Positions 12,295 to 23,573 of a DNA stretch of 38,206 nt are shown piece after piece (within the stretch, counting starts at the first letter, position 1; every line of letters begins with the position of its first letter). The translations under genes and the position numbers were made by a program. Below the pieces are notes generated by a model. The model was not told where the DNA came from. It did not search any database and saw nothing but the letters and a program-made list of their open reading frames with translations. The stretch is from Octopus bimaculoides (lineage: Eukaryota). The stretch lies in the NCBI RefSeq assembly GCF_001194135.2, contig NC_069002.1, positions 27,281,686 to 27,319,891 on the forward strand. The letters are read 5' to 3'.

Positions 12295-12642
12295 CTGTAA
12301 TGGGGTATGTGGTGGGACTGGATGGAAGGGTGGTGGATTGATAAGAGCAGGCAGATGATAATGATGATGGAGGGCAGCGTAGGAAGAGATACGATTTCAG
12401 GATGTTGAACATTAGAGATGGAAAGAGAGAGAGAGAGAGAGAGAGATCTGTAGGGGAGTGCTGATATGCTGTTGGGCAGACTCAACCAAAACAGACATTG
12501 AAATGATGAAGACGATAATGATGATGATGGTGGTGGTGATGGTGATGATGGTGGTAATGGTGGGTACATATACAAGATGAGAATTTATCTTCAGGAAGAT
12601 TTCAAGAAGGAGAACGATAAACTATATATATATATATATAAT

Positions 12643-13025
12643 CTTTTATTTGTTTCAGTCATTTGACTGCGGCCATGCTGGAGCACCACCTTTATTCAAA
12701 CAAATCAACTCCAGGACTTATGCTTTGTAAGCGTAGTACTTATCAGTCTCTTTTGCTGAACCGCTAAGTTATGGGGATATAAACACACTAACATCGGTTG
12801 CCAAGCAATGGTGGGGGGTGGGGACAAGCACAAACACACAAACATATACATATATATATATATATACAATGGGCTTCTTTCAGTTTCCATCTACCAAATC
12901 CACTTTGGATGGCTTTGGCCGGCCGAAGGCTATAGTAGAAGACACCTGCTCAAAGTGCCACACAGTGGGACTGAACCCGGAACCATGTGGTTGGGAAGCA
13001 AGCTTCTTACCACAAACCCATGCCT
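12643..13025 (-). mobile_element. Near full-length composite tRNA SINE (family B)
   Basis: Plus strand reads TTGTTTCAGTCATTTGACTGCGGCCATGCTGGAGCACC...GGGACTGAACCCGGAACCATGTGGTTGGGAAGCAAGCTTCTTACCACA. Confidence 0.85.
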
Positions 13026-13031
13026 GCGCAT

Positions 13032-13076
<45 letters not shown>

Positions 13077-13087
13077 NNNNNNNNNNC

Positions 13088-13230
13088 TGGTTAAGAAGTT
13101 CACTTCCCAACAATATGGTTCTGGGTTCAGTCCCACTGTGTGGCACCTTGGGCAAGTGTCTTCTACTGTAGACTCAGGCCAACCAAAACCTTGAGAATGG
13201 ATTTGGTAGAGAGAAACTGAAAGCAACCCA
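13088..13230 (+). mobile_element. SINE family B head, divergent (head-to-head) from the 12643-13025 copy
   Basis: GGTTAAGAAG...GGGTTCAGTCCCACTGTGTGGCACCTTGGGCAAGTGTCTTCTAC. Confidence 0.8.
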
Positions 13231-13244
13231 TGAATGTGCGTGCT

Positions 13245-13289
<45 letters not shown>

Positions 13290-13829
13290 TAATTGCAAAC
13301 GAATGCCACCATCATACAAGGACAGCTGTTCATTTGCAATCTTCCATGAAAACATGTCCAGTCACTGTGCTGTTTGTGTTCGAAGGATGAGGTGAAATAC
13401 TACCTCATTTGGAAATAGGTGAAGGTGGGCAACAGAAAGAGCATCCAACCATAAAAACATCTACTTCATATAATAAGTATGAAAAGGTGGATACATGTCA
13501 AGCCAAGTGAAATCAGAGTCGTGGCCAATGCCAGTGACACATAAAAGGAACCCCTGCCAGATAGTTTGACAGGAGCTAACAAGCCAGGGATTTGTATTAG
13601 GCTCCATTATCAACTTTGGCAATGTTTCTATGGTTTGATGCCCTTCCTAATGCCAAATACTTTATAAGGAGTGCTGGGTGTGTGTGCTTTTTATGTGGAG
13701 CTAGCAATTGTACTTTCCACCTGGCACCAACAGCAGAGGGGGTCACCAAGTAACTTGCAAGATGAAGACTTCTCAGCTGGGAGAGGGAAATGAAAGAACT
13801 GGTTTTGGACCAAGGGAGATTAAAGTATC

Positions 13830-14154
13830 TTCGATGTGTGAGCCTGTGCATCTGTGTATGCATGTGTGTGTCTGTGTGTTAGTGTGTGTGAACCTGTGCT
13901 TGTGTGTGCATGCGTCTGTGTTTGTGTGCATCTGTGTGTATGTGTGCATGCATCTGTGCGTGTGTGTCAGTGTGTGTGTGTGCACGTGCGTCTGTGGGTG
14001 TGCTTGTTTGTGTGTATGTGTGTGCTTGTTTGTGCTTATGTGTGTTTGTGTTTGTGTGAGCGTGTGTTTGTGTTTTTATGTGTGAGAGTGTGTTTTTATG
14101 TGTGAGAGTGTGTTTTTATGCGTGTGTATGTGTGTTTTTATGTGTGTGTATGTG

Positions 14155-14189
<35 letters not shown>

Positions 14190-14275
14190 TGAGTGTTGTG
14201 TGTGTGTGAGTGTTGTGCATGAATGTTGTGTATGTGTGTGTGTGTGTGTGTGCGCATGCATGTGTGTGTTTATTT
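13830..14275. repeat. (TG)n-rich compound microsatellite
   Basis: Directly visible. Confidence 0.9.
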
Positions 14276-14510
14276 ACATTGGCGTTTCTCCAAAAATCAC
14301 CGATCTACAATCTGTGGCATTGTTGTCATTTCCCTGCCAACAAATCATCTGCTGGTTTTGCACCTTCAGAGACAGGTAAAATAAAAGATCCTCTCTCGTA
14401 AAAAACGGTCAACGGTTAGCAACGGGAAGGGCATCCAGCCATAAAACAACATGTCAATAATATATTAAACAGGCAAAAAATAGGAACAAACAATTCAGTT
14501 GACTTTTTAA

Positions 14511-15707
14511 CCCCTTGACTGTCAAACATATTTCAACAAGTTTTTCCTAAACCTCCATACTTGTTTTAGTTTGCCTTCGTTCCATACGTTTAGAGTAATA
14601 AAAAGCTTTCCTTTCATAGGTCCCAAGTTACTCTAGTTACTGAGAAAAAATTGGGAATGTGTATCATATATAATGCACGGACACCAGAGAAATATGTCTT
14701 GTGTATCACAAATGATATACAGAAGAGACAAGGGGTTAAGAGGTTCTGTTAGAAGAAGCAGTTTTTGTGGGACATTGGTGAGTTATGTTAAACAAAACAT
14801 GTCTTTATTGAGAGGCTATCTGTGATATTAGCTCTTTGCTTACCCAAAGCATTTCCATATGTTAGTCCTAAACATCTGTGCTTGTTTTCAGACATTTAGT
14901 TCTACCTTGCTTCTGGGTAATATAAAGCTTTCTTTTCATAAGTCCCAAGTTACTCTGGTGTTTGAGAAAAAATTGGGACTGTATTATATATGATGCACAA
15001 AGGCCAGAGAAATATGTCCTTTGTATCACAAATAATATACAGGAGAGGCGGTTCTGTTAGAAGAGGCAGTTTTTGTGGGACATTGGTGAGTTATGTTAAA
15101 CAAAACATGTCTTTATTGAGAGGCTATCTGTGATATTAACTCTTTGCTTACCCAAAGCATTTTCATAAGTTAGTCCTAAACATCTGTGCTTCTTTTCAGA
15201 TATTTAGTTAGACCTTACTTCGGAGTAATATAAAGCTTTCTTTTCATAGAAAGCTTTATATTATATTCTCATGGTTGTTGAGAAAAAAATTGGGATTGTA
15301 TTATATATGATGCACAAAGGCCAGAGAAATATGTCCTTTGTTTCACAAATGATACACAGGAGTGGCAAAGGGTTAAGCGGTTCTGTTAGAAGAGGCGTTT
15401 TAGCATGACATTAGTGAATTACGTTATGCAAAATGTGTCGTTATAGAGAGACTATCTGTGGTATTAACTCTTTGCATACCCAAAGCATTTTGTTTTTGTT
15501 AGTCCTAAATGTTCGTGCTCTATTTTCAGACTTTAAGTTAACGCCTTGTTTCATTTGTTCCAAATGAAATAAAGCTTTCTTTTCATAAGCTTCAAGTTAT
15601 TCTATTAATTGAAAAAAAAAAAAAAAAAAAAATACAGGATGCAAGGGTGCCAGGGGAATAAGTCCTGTTTATGGCATGCGATACACAGGACAGGACAGGC
15701 AAAGGGG
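14511..15707. mobile_element. piggyBac-like non-autonomous element with about 3.7 internal tandem units of roughly 310-340 bp
   Basis: TTAA|CCCCTTGACTGTC ... GACAGGCAAAGGGG|TTAA. The anchor AAAGCTTTC recurs near 14602, 14923, 15232 and 15570. Confidence 0.75.
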
Positions 15708-17397
15708 TTAATTTAGACAAAGGACATTGTTTCATGATAAATGTAACACGAAAATATATAAAACAACATCAAAGAAAAACAAAAGGATAAAACAAAAAAA
15801 AAAACCAAGGACAGTGAATTCTGTGGACGGTTTGTCAGATGGTGGTGGTGGTGGTGATGGTGGTAGTGAATATTTTAACAAACAGAAATAATTAATTAAC
15901 TGAATTGAAATAGCAACTAGAAGTAACCTAATTATAGCAGTAACCTAATTATACAAGAAACAGGCAACAAGTACTTGTAGAAAATGGAGAGTTTGGAATA
16001 AACCATTGGACAAGGCAGAATAGATATAAAGAATGATAGGAAAAAAGAAAAGAAAAGACAAATATACATACATTTATCACATGATAATTACTAAGCCAAA
16101 CAGCTAATTATATTTGTTCTTTGCGTTAGTAATTTACTATCAATTTCCAGAAAAAGAAAAGTTTTTAATGGCTCTGACTTGACCTAGAAGAGACAATTAT
16201 GATATGGGCTGTTTTATGTTGTTGTTCTTGTTTGAGAGTGCTAACGTGAAATATAAACATGGGTTTTTATCAAAGAATTCTTAGAATGGGTGGGAGAGAA
16301 ATTATTATTATTATTATTGAAATCCTCATGTAATCGGAGTGGGATGTTGCAGATACTGATGGTGGTGATGATGATGGTGGTGGTGGTGGTGGTGGTGGTG
16401 GTGATAGTAACTGCAATCTCAACTGAAGTATTTTTGTAATAAGAAAATGGAAAACTATACATATACTAGTTTTAAATTCTGAGTGAGAAATATGTAGTAA
16501 CGGTACCGAACATTGTGTTGGCAAATAGACTTTACTATACATACATACACGTATGTATGTATGTATGTATGTATGTATATATANNNNNNNNNNNNNNNNN
16601 NNNNNNNNNNNNNNNNNNNNNNNNNNNNNNNNNNNNNNNNNNNNNNNNNNNNNNNNNNNNNNNNNNNNNNNNNNNNNNNNNNNNNNNNNNNNNNNNNNNN
16701 NNNNNNNNNNNNNNNNNNNNNNNNNNNNNNNNNNNNNNNNNNNNNNNNNNNNNNNNNNNNNNNNNNNNNNNNNNNNNNNNNNNNNNNNNNNNNNNNNNNN
16801 NNNNNNNNNNNNNNNNNNNNNNNNNNNNNNNNNNNNNNNNNNNNNNNNNNNNNNNNNNNNNNNNNNNNNNNNNNNNNNNNNNNNNNNNNNNNNNNNNNNN
16901 NNNNNNNNNNNNNNNNNNNNNNNNNNNNNNNNNNNNNNNNNNNNNNNNNNNNNNNNNNNNNNNNNNNNNNNNNNNNNNNNNNNNNNNNNNNNNNNNNNNN
17001 NNNNNNNNNNNNNNNNNNNNNNNNNNNNNNNNNNNNNNNNNNNNNNNNNNNNNNNNNNNNNNNNNNNNNNNNNNNNNNNNNNNNNNNNNNNNNNNNNNNN
17101 NNNNNNNNNNNNNNNNNNNNNNNNNNNNNNNNNNNNNNNNNNNNNNNNNNNNNNNNNNNNNNNNNNNNNNNNNNNNNNNNNNNNNNNNNNNNNNNNNNNN
17201 NNNNNNNNNNNNNNNNNNNNNNNNNNNNNNNNNNNNNNNNNNNNNNNNNNNNNNNNNNNNNNNNNNNNNNNNNNNNNNNNNNNNNNNNNNNNNNNNNNNN
17301 NNNNNNNNNNNNNNNNNNNNNNNNNNNNNNNNNNNNNNNNNNNNNNNNNNNNNNNNNNNNNNNNNNNNNNNNNNNNNNNNNNNNNNNNNNNNNNNNN

Positions 17398-17465
17398 CAA
17401 GAGTGGCACCAGTAGACCAACAGCACAGGACAAGTAGCAGACAAATGGACCAAACAGCCAATACA
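17398..17465 (-). CDS. MFSD10: MFSD10-like last coding exon, truncated by N gap (stop codon not visible)
   Basis: ttttgttttcttcccag|TG TAT TGG CTG TTT GGT... = (V)YWLFGPFVCYLSCAVGLLVPLL; cf. human VYWLAGAQACFTTWSGLFLLPFFLL. Runs into gap 16584-17397. Confidence 0.9.
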
Positions 17466-17499
17466 CTGGGAAGAAAACAAAAAAGAGAGAAACAACGTC

Positions 17500-17530
<31 letters not shown>

Positions 17531-17890
17531 ATAAATTGTTTTGAATGGCACGACAATGCACTATAATACAAACAATGGACTATAAGAACTGTTGTAATTT
17601 AATCATCCATAGTCTGATACAATATTTCGAAATAAAAATTCCTTCTTCAGATATCCCTAGGAATTGATCGAGTCACTGCTATAATCAATTTTCCAACGTT
17701 TTTTTTTTTTACAGAAGCTTCTCAGCAGTGGTCTCACGAAGCTCCTTCCAGAATTCCTCATGAGAAGTGCATGAGGTCGGCCATGTCTCAAGCTCATGTC
17801 TGCTGGCACATCCATAGCTCTGCTTCTAAGTTATGTGTTATACGTGCAGCTTCCTTTTTTCCCCCTTTTTTTCTCTCTCTCTCAATAATA

Positions 17891-19065
17891 ATAACAGTTT
17901 CAAACTTTGGCACAAGGCCACAAATTTGTGGGAGGGGACTAGTCAATTACATGGACCTCAGTATCACAACTGGTACTTATTTTATCAATCCCGAAAGGAT
18001 GAACGGTAAAGTCAACCTCGGCAGAATTTGAACTCAGAAAATACAAGCAGACGTCCTGCATGCTAAAATAATAAGAATGGTTTCAAATTTTGGCACAAGA
18101 CCTCAAATTTGTGGGGAGGGGACTGGTCAATTACATGGATCCCAGTGTGGCACTGGTACTTTATCGATCCCGAGAGGATTAAAGGCAAAGTCAATCTCGG
18201 CGGAATTTGAACTCAAAACATAGCAACAAGCGAAATACCACTAAGCATCCTGTCCACTGTGCTAATGATTCTACCAGCTCACTGCCTTAATAATAATAAT
18301 AATGGTTTCAAATTTTGCCACAAGGGCAGCAATTTTGGGGAAGGGGATGAGTCATTTAAACCGACCCCAGTGTTCAATTGGCAATCAACCCCGAAAGGAT
18401 GAAAGGTAAAGTCGACCTCGGTGGAATTTGAACTCAGAACATAGTTAAGCATTTTGTCCAGCGTGCTAACGATTCTGCCAGCTCACCGCCTTAATAATAA
18501 CAATAATAATAATAATCCTTTCTATTATAGGCACAAGGCCTGAAATTTTGAGGGAGGGGACCAGTCGATTACATCGACCCCCAGTGTTTCACTGGTACTT
18601 AATTTATCAACCCCGAAAGGATGAAAGGCAAAATTGACCTTGGCAGAATTTGAACTCAAAACATAGCCACAGGCAAACTACCCTAAGCATTTCATCCAGT
18701 GTGCTAACAATTCTGCCAGCTCACCACCTTCATAATAATGATAATAATAATAATAATGACAACAACAATAATAATAATGATGATAATAATAATAATAATA
18801 ATATCCATTTCAAATTTTGCCACAAGGCCAACAATTTCTGGGGGACTGGGATAAGTTAATTACATCGACCCCAGTGTTTCACTGGTATTTATTTTATCAA
18901 CCCCAAAAGGATGAATGGCAAAATTGACCCCCAACGGTATTTGAACCCAGAATGCAAAGACAAAAGAAACTCTGTGAAGCATTTTCCCCCCCACACACTA
19001 ATAATTCTGTCAGTTCGCTACCCTAACTATAACAACAACAACAACAATAATAATAATAATAATCC
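17891..19065 (-). mobile_element. Array of five head-to-tail family A SINEs separated by (AAT)n
   Basis: Copies at about 17896-18066, 18078-18290, 18302-18494, 18516-18733 and 18806-19023, each with CTGGTACTT and GAATTTGAAC. Confidence 0.88.
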
Positions 19066-19171
19066 TTTATGGTGATTACATGTTGTCACACCATAGCAGA
19101 CATACAGTGATGAAATTATCTAAAATATTATTTACATTTGATGGATATTTGTCCTCATCTTCTTTGTTGTT

Positions 19172-19217
19172 AACACAACGTTTCGGCTGATATACCCTCC
19201 CACCTTCATCAGGTGTC
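19172..19217 (-). ncRNA. Minimal type I hammerhead ribozyme motif, core intact
   Basis: GACAC-CTGATGA-AGGTGGGAGGGTATATCAGCC-GAAA-CGTT-GTGTT. Stem I is GACAC/GTGTT, stem III is the palindrome AACGTT, cleavage triplet GUU; stem II partly degenerate. Confidence 0.6.
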
Positions 19218-19427
19218 TTGCGGAAATTTCAAACCTGGGTTCTCATTCCTAAGGTATTTTTCGATATCATTATTATCATTATTATCATTATTATTATTGT
19301 GTAGTGGTTAAGAGTGCAGGCTACTAACCCCAAGATTCCGAGTTTGATTCCAAGCAGTAACTTGAATAATAATAATAATATAAAAAAATACCTTAGAAAT
19401 GAGAACCCAGATTCGAAATTTCTCGAA

Positions 19428-19473
19428 GACACCTGATGAAGGTTGGAGGGTGTATCAGCTGAACCGTTGTGTT
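19428..19473 (+). ncRNA. Minimal hammerhead motif with mutated core (GAAAC to GAACC)
   Basis: GACAC-CTGATGA-AGGTTG-GAGGGTGTAT-CAGCT-GAACC-GTT-GTGTT. Confidence 0.45.
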
Positions 19474-19603
19474 ATCAACAAACAAGATGATGACAAATAT
19501 CCGTCAAATGTAAATAATGTAAATAATGTACATAATTCTTCATCTTTTAAATATTGAACTGTATTATCAAAAATAGTCAAGAAATTCAATTTTATGCCCC
19601 TAC

Positions 19604-19741
19604 CTGTGCACATAGCTACAGGTCCTAGTGCACGTGCTAGCGCCCCCAGAGAGCGGAAGACGCCAACAATGGCACCTTTCTGGTTAACTTTGCCGTATCT
19701 TGAGATCAAAGTTGTTAGACATGGCACCACAGTTGCAGAAC
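19604..19741 (-). CDS. MFSD10: MFSD10-like penultimate exon (138 nt)
   Basis: ttaattttag|GT TCT GCA...ATG TGC ACA G|gtaggg = (C)SATVVPCLTTLISRYGKVNQKGAIVGVFRSLGALARALGPVAMCT. Strong match to human VVVPCLSSVVAGYGSPGQKGTVMGTLRSLGALARAAGP. Phase 1 to 1. Confidence 0.93.
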
Positions 19742-19798
19742 CTAAAATTAACAGAATCTCCGTAAATAACAATACAAAATAGTACAGCCACAGAGATG

Positions 19799-20118
19799 GC
19801 AACAACAACAATGATGATGATGATGTTAGTGAATGATGATGATGATGATGATGACGATGATGATGATGACGATGTTGATGACGATGTTGATGATGACGAT
19901 GTTGACAATGACGACGATGATGATGATGATAACAATGTTGGTGAATGATGATGACGATGATGATGACGACGATGATGGTGAATGATGATGATGATGACAA
20001 TGATGCTGCTGCTGCTGATGATGATGGTGGTGCTGCTGGTGAAGACAACGACGATGATAGTTATGATGACAGTGACAATGATGACAACAACGATGGTAAT
20101 AGAAATGATGATGATGAT
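19799..20118. repeat. (GAT/GAC/AAC)n trinucleotide tract
   Basis: Directly visible; begins about 57 bp from the acceptor of exon 19741. Confidence 0.92.
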
Positions 20119-21527
20119 ACATTAATTTATAACAGATGATGTCGGGGTATCTAGACAGTTCTAGCAAACCTCAAAACCAGAAAGTAAAGAACAATGCCTC
20201 CACTTGATTTATTTTCACTTGTTGTGTCGGAGGGAAAATTGGAAAGGAGGTCAATGTCTTTGACCTCTGCAGAGCCTCTGTGAAACAGAGAGGAAAAGCT
20301 TATCCGATGACTCACAGGAAACAAGAGAGAGAGAGAGAGAGGCTGGGTTGCAAGATAGCATAGGCTGTTGTCAGGAACATGACAGAAACTATCCCTGGTG
20401 TCAGTCGGTGGTGATGAATAAAGACATTTTCCCTCCAACAACAAAACAATTAGTGATTTGAGCTTCAATTTCAGGAAGTCTATGGAAAGTCACTTTATGA
20501 ATCAAACTGGCTTTGCTTCCAGAAACACCCTTAAAAGGTTATTAACAAAGGATGAATACTCGTGTAATTGAAAAACAGAAGTGCTACCAATATAAGGATT
20601 AAGTGCTACCAATATAAGGATTGATTAAGTGCACCACGAAAGTCGGAGGTCGGAGGTCCCGCAATTGCACGTAGACCCTCACCTCGCTCGTGATGGACGG
20701 GTGTTAATGTGTGGCCATGCGGCGACCCCCCACCGGGGTTTACATAAAGGAAGCCGCACCCCGGCCGGGACCCAATGTGAAAGTTTGGTGTCTGATGTAT
20801 ACATATGAAATCATATATTCTTTATGCTGTGTACAACAAAGAGGGATTGGATATATTTATTGTTCATGTAGTAAGCTTTGAAATTCTTACATTCAAAATG
20901 GAAAAGGCATTGCTCCAGAGGATGGTGAGGGAGGTGCGACCGAACAGCCATTTCCTCCCTGATAGCAGTAAGCAAGGGACATGATCTAGGAACCAAGAGC
21001 ATGGGGATGGCGGGGTTTCACTGCTGCAGGTTCGGCCATAAACCCGTCACAGAGCAGAAAGTTATCTCTTTATTAACCTTTTGACCAGCACATATGACTC
21101 AGCAGGAAGGATTTTGTTAGACTACCCCTGGTATAGTCAAACGCAGGTGAGCAGACAGCTATATGGTCTTGTGTTTAGGACTCACAAATCGACAGAAACC
21201 TTGTTATTTTCACCTGTAAATACACAACCATTTCGCAACCTCTCCTCTGAGTTTCAGTGGGTCTGGTCAAATGAAATTGTACCTACAAAGCTGTACTTGT
21301 GGATGCATAGGCTTAAAATACATAAGCACATATATTCACCCACCTTCACACACACACACACACGCACATTTGCATGCCCGAATATATATCATCATTCTCT
21401 TCATCATTTTTCCACTTTTCCATGCTTGTATGGGTCAGACAGAATTTGTTAAGGCAGATTTTCTATAGCCAGATGCCGTCCCTGTCACCCACCCTCAACT
21501 GTTTTCAAGCAATTGATTGTATTGCCA

Positions 21528-21570
<43 letters not shown>

Positions 21571-21574
21571 ATAA

Positions 21575-21735
21575 GCTTCTTTCAGTTTCCGGCAACCAAA
21601 TCTACTCATATGGCTTTGATTGACCCAGAGCTGTATTAGAAGACACTTGCTCAAGGTGCTGCACAATGGTACTGAACCGAATATCACATGGTTGGGAAAG
21701 AAGCTTCTTAACCACACAGTATCACACCTGTAGCC
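21575..21735 (-). mobile_element. SINE family B head
   Basis: TTTCAGTTTCCGGCAACCAAATC...GAACCGAATATCACATGGTTGGGAAAGAAGCTTCTTAACCACACAG. Confidence 0.75.
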
Positions 21736-22201
21736 TGTACCCATGGTTATGTCTGCACACACATACATTTACAAACATTTTGGGTGAAAAATGATCATCA
21801 GAAACAAATTATATATATAGCAAGTGTCTTCTGCTTATAGCCTTGGACTGACCAAAGCCTTGTGAGTGGATTTGGTAGATGGAAACTGAAAGAAGACCAT
21901 TGTATATGTGTGTGTGTCTTTATGTCTGTGTTTTCCCCTCACACACACACACACCACTGCTTGACAACCGGTATTGGTGTGTTTACGACCCCATAAGTCC
22001 TAAGCTACAAAAAATAAGTCACCGGGTTGATTTCTTCAAATAAAACCCTTCAAGGTGGTGCTCCAGCATGGCCACTGTCAGATGACTAAAACAAGTAAGT
22101 TACTGCTGTTTAACCCTGGTCAGGACTGATCAAATAGGCCTTTGATCAACAGCATTCCAATCCTGACCACCCTGTCCTTTTTCATTCTTTTATATTTTAA
22201 T

Positions 22202-22373
22202 AAGTGGATATTTCATCTGTCTTTATGTTCTGAGCTCAAATTCTGCTGAGGTCGACTTTGCCTTTCATCCTTTCAGGGTCGATAAATTAAGTACCAGTTG
22301 TGTACTGGGCTTGATCTAATCAACTGGCCCCCACACCTCCAAAATTTCGGGCCTTGTGCCTAGAGTAGAAAAA
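22202..22373 (+). mobile_element. 5'-truncated SINE family A with 18-bp TSD
   Basis: ATTCTTTTATATTTTAAT at 22184-22201 and 22374-22391. Confidence 0.85.
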
Positions 22374-22599
22374 ATTCTTTTATATTTTAATGCAAGGTAG
22401 CCACATATTTCCTCTCCATGTCCTTCCATCATGCTTTAATTTTTCAACATTTATCTTATCATAAAGTCACCTCTCCACTCCACTCCACTCCCACTCAGTC
22501 GGGTAGTGGTGGTGGTGGTGGGGTAAGGGGATCTTTAGTATTGGGAGTTACATGGCAACATCATTGATGATGTTGCCATGAGAAAAGCACTCGGTACAC

Positions 22600-23420
22600 T
22601 CTTTTCTACTCCAGGCACAAGGCCCGGAATTTTGGGGGAGGAGGCCAATCGATTACATCAGCCTCAGTACGCAACTGGTACTTAACTTATTGACCACAAA
22701 AGGATGAAAGGCAAAGTCGACCTCAGTGGAATTTGAACTCAGGACATAAAGACAGACGAAATACCGCTAAGCATTTCACCCGGCATGATAACGTTTCTTA
22801 TTTCATTATTGCCCACAGTGGGGCTAAACAGAGAAGGGACAAACAAGGACAGACAAAGGGATTAAGTCGATTACATCGACCCCAGTGTGTAACTGGTACT
22901 TAATTTTATCGCCCCCGAAAGGATGAAAGGCAAAGTCGACCGCGGTGGAATTTGAACTCAGAACATAACNNNNNNNNNNNNNNNNNNNNNNNNNNNNNNN
23001 NNNNNNNNNNNNNNNNNNNNNNNNNNNNNNNNNNNNNNNNNNNNNNNNNNNNNNNNNNNNNNNNNNNNNNNNNNNNNNNNNNNNNNNACAAAAGGATGAA
23101 AGGCAAAGTCGACCTCAGTGGAATTTGAACTCAGGACATAAAGACAGACGAAATACCGCTAAGCATTTCACCCGGCATGATAACGTTTCTTATTTCATTA
23201 TTGCCCACAGTGGGGCTAAACAGAGAAGGGACAAACAAGGACAGACAAAGGGATTAAGTCGATTACATCGACCCCAGTGTGTAACTGGTACTTAATTTTA
23301 TCGCCCCCGAAAGGATGAAAGGCAAAGTCGACCGCGGTGGAATTTGAACTCAGAACATAACGGCAGACAAAATACCTCTAAGTATTTCGCCCAGTGTGTT
23401 AACGTTTCTGCCAGCTTACC
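22600..23420 (-). mobile_element. Cluster of family A SINEs, partly duplicated across a gap
   Basis: Repeated AAAGGATGAAAGGCAAAGTCGACC...GAATTTGAACTCAG; 22700-22969 is repeated at 23088-23360. Confidence 0.75.
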
Positions 23421-23573
23421 GCCCTGCACCCAGTACACTCTGTAAAGTGGATGGCGTTAGGGAGGGCAGCCAGACATAGAAACCATGTCAAATCTTGTGA
23501 AACCATCCAACTCAGGCCAGCACGAAACAGGATGTTAAATAATGACATTGATGATGATGACGATGATGATGAA

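Larger units (their letters stand above)
19126..19560. mobile_element. tRNA-headed non-autonomous element (plus, about 19299-19560) preceded by an inverted headless copy (minus, 19126-19297)
   Basis: Head GTAGTGGTTAAGAG...GAGTTTGATTCC, then (AAT)n, then a body whose reverse complement lies at 19126-19260. Confidence 0.85.

Noticed and set aside
17705-17870. Plus-strand acceptor followed by GC-richer sequence
   Set aside because: Two frames stop quickly and the third has no recognisable similarity or donor.
17891-19065. CRISPR-like regular repeat array
   Set aside because: Units are about 200-bp diverged SINEs in a eukaryotic intron; no short constant repeat with unique spacers, and no cas genes.
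19299-19365. tRNA gene (also heads at 4347 and about 6560-6630)
   Set aside because: A/B boxes are present, but there is no complete cloverleaf or terminator and the sequence continues into a repeat body; these are SINE heads.
19455-20167. Poly-His, poly-Ser and poly-Asp ORFs
   Set aside because: Translations of the (GAT)n tract. The real coding part is the 138-nt exon bounded by AG/GT.
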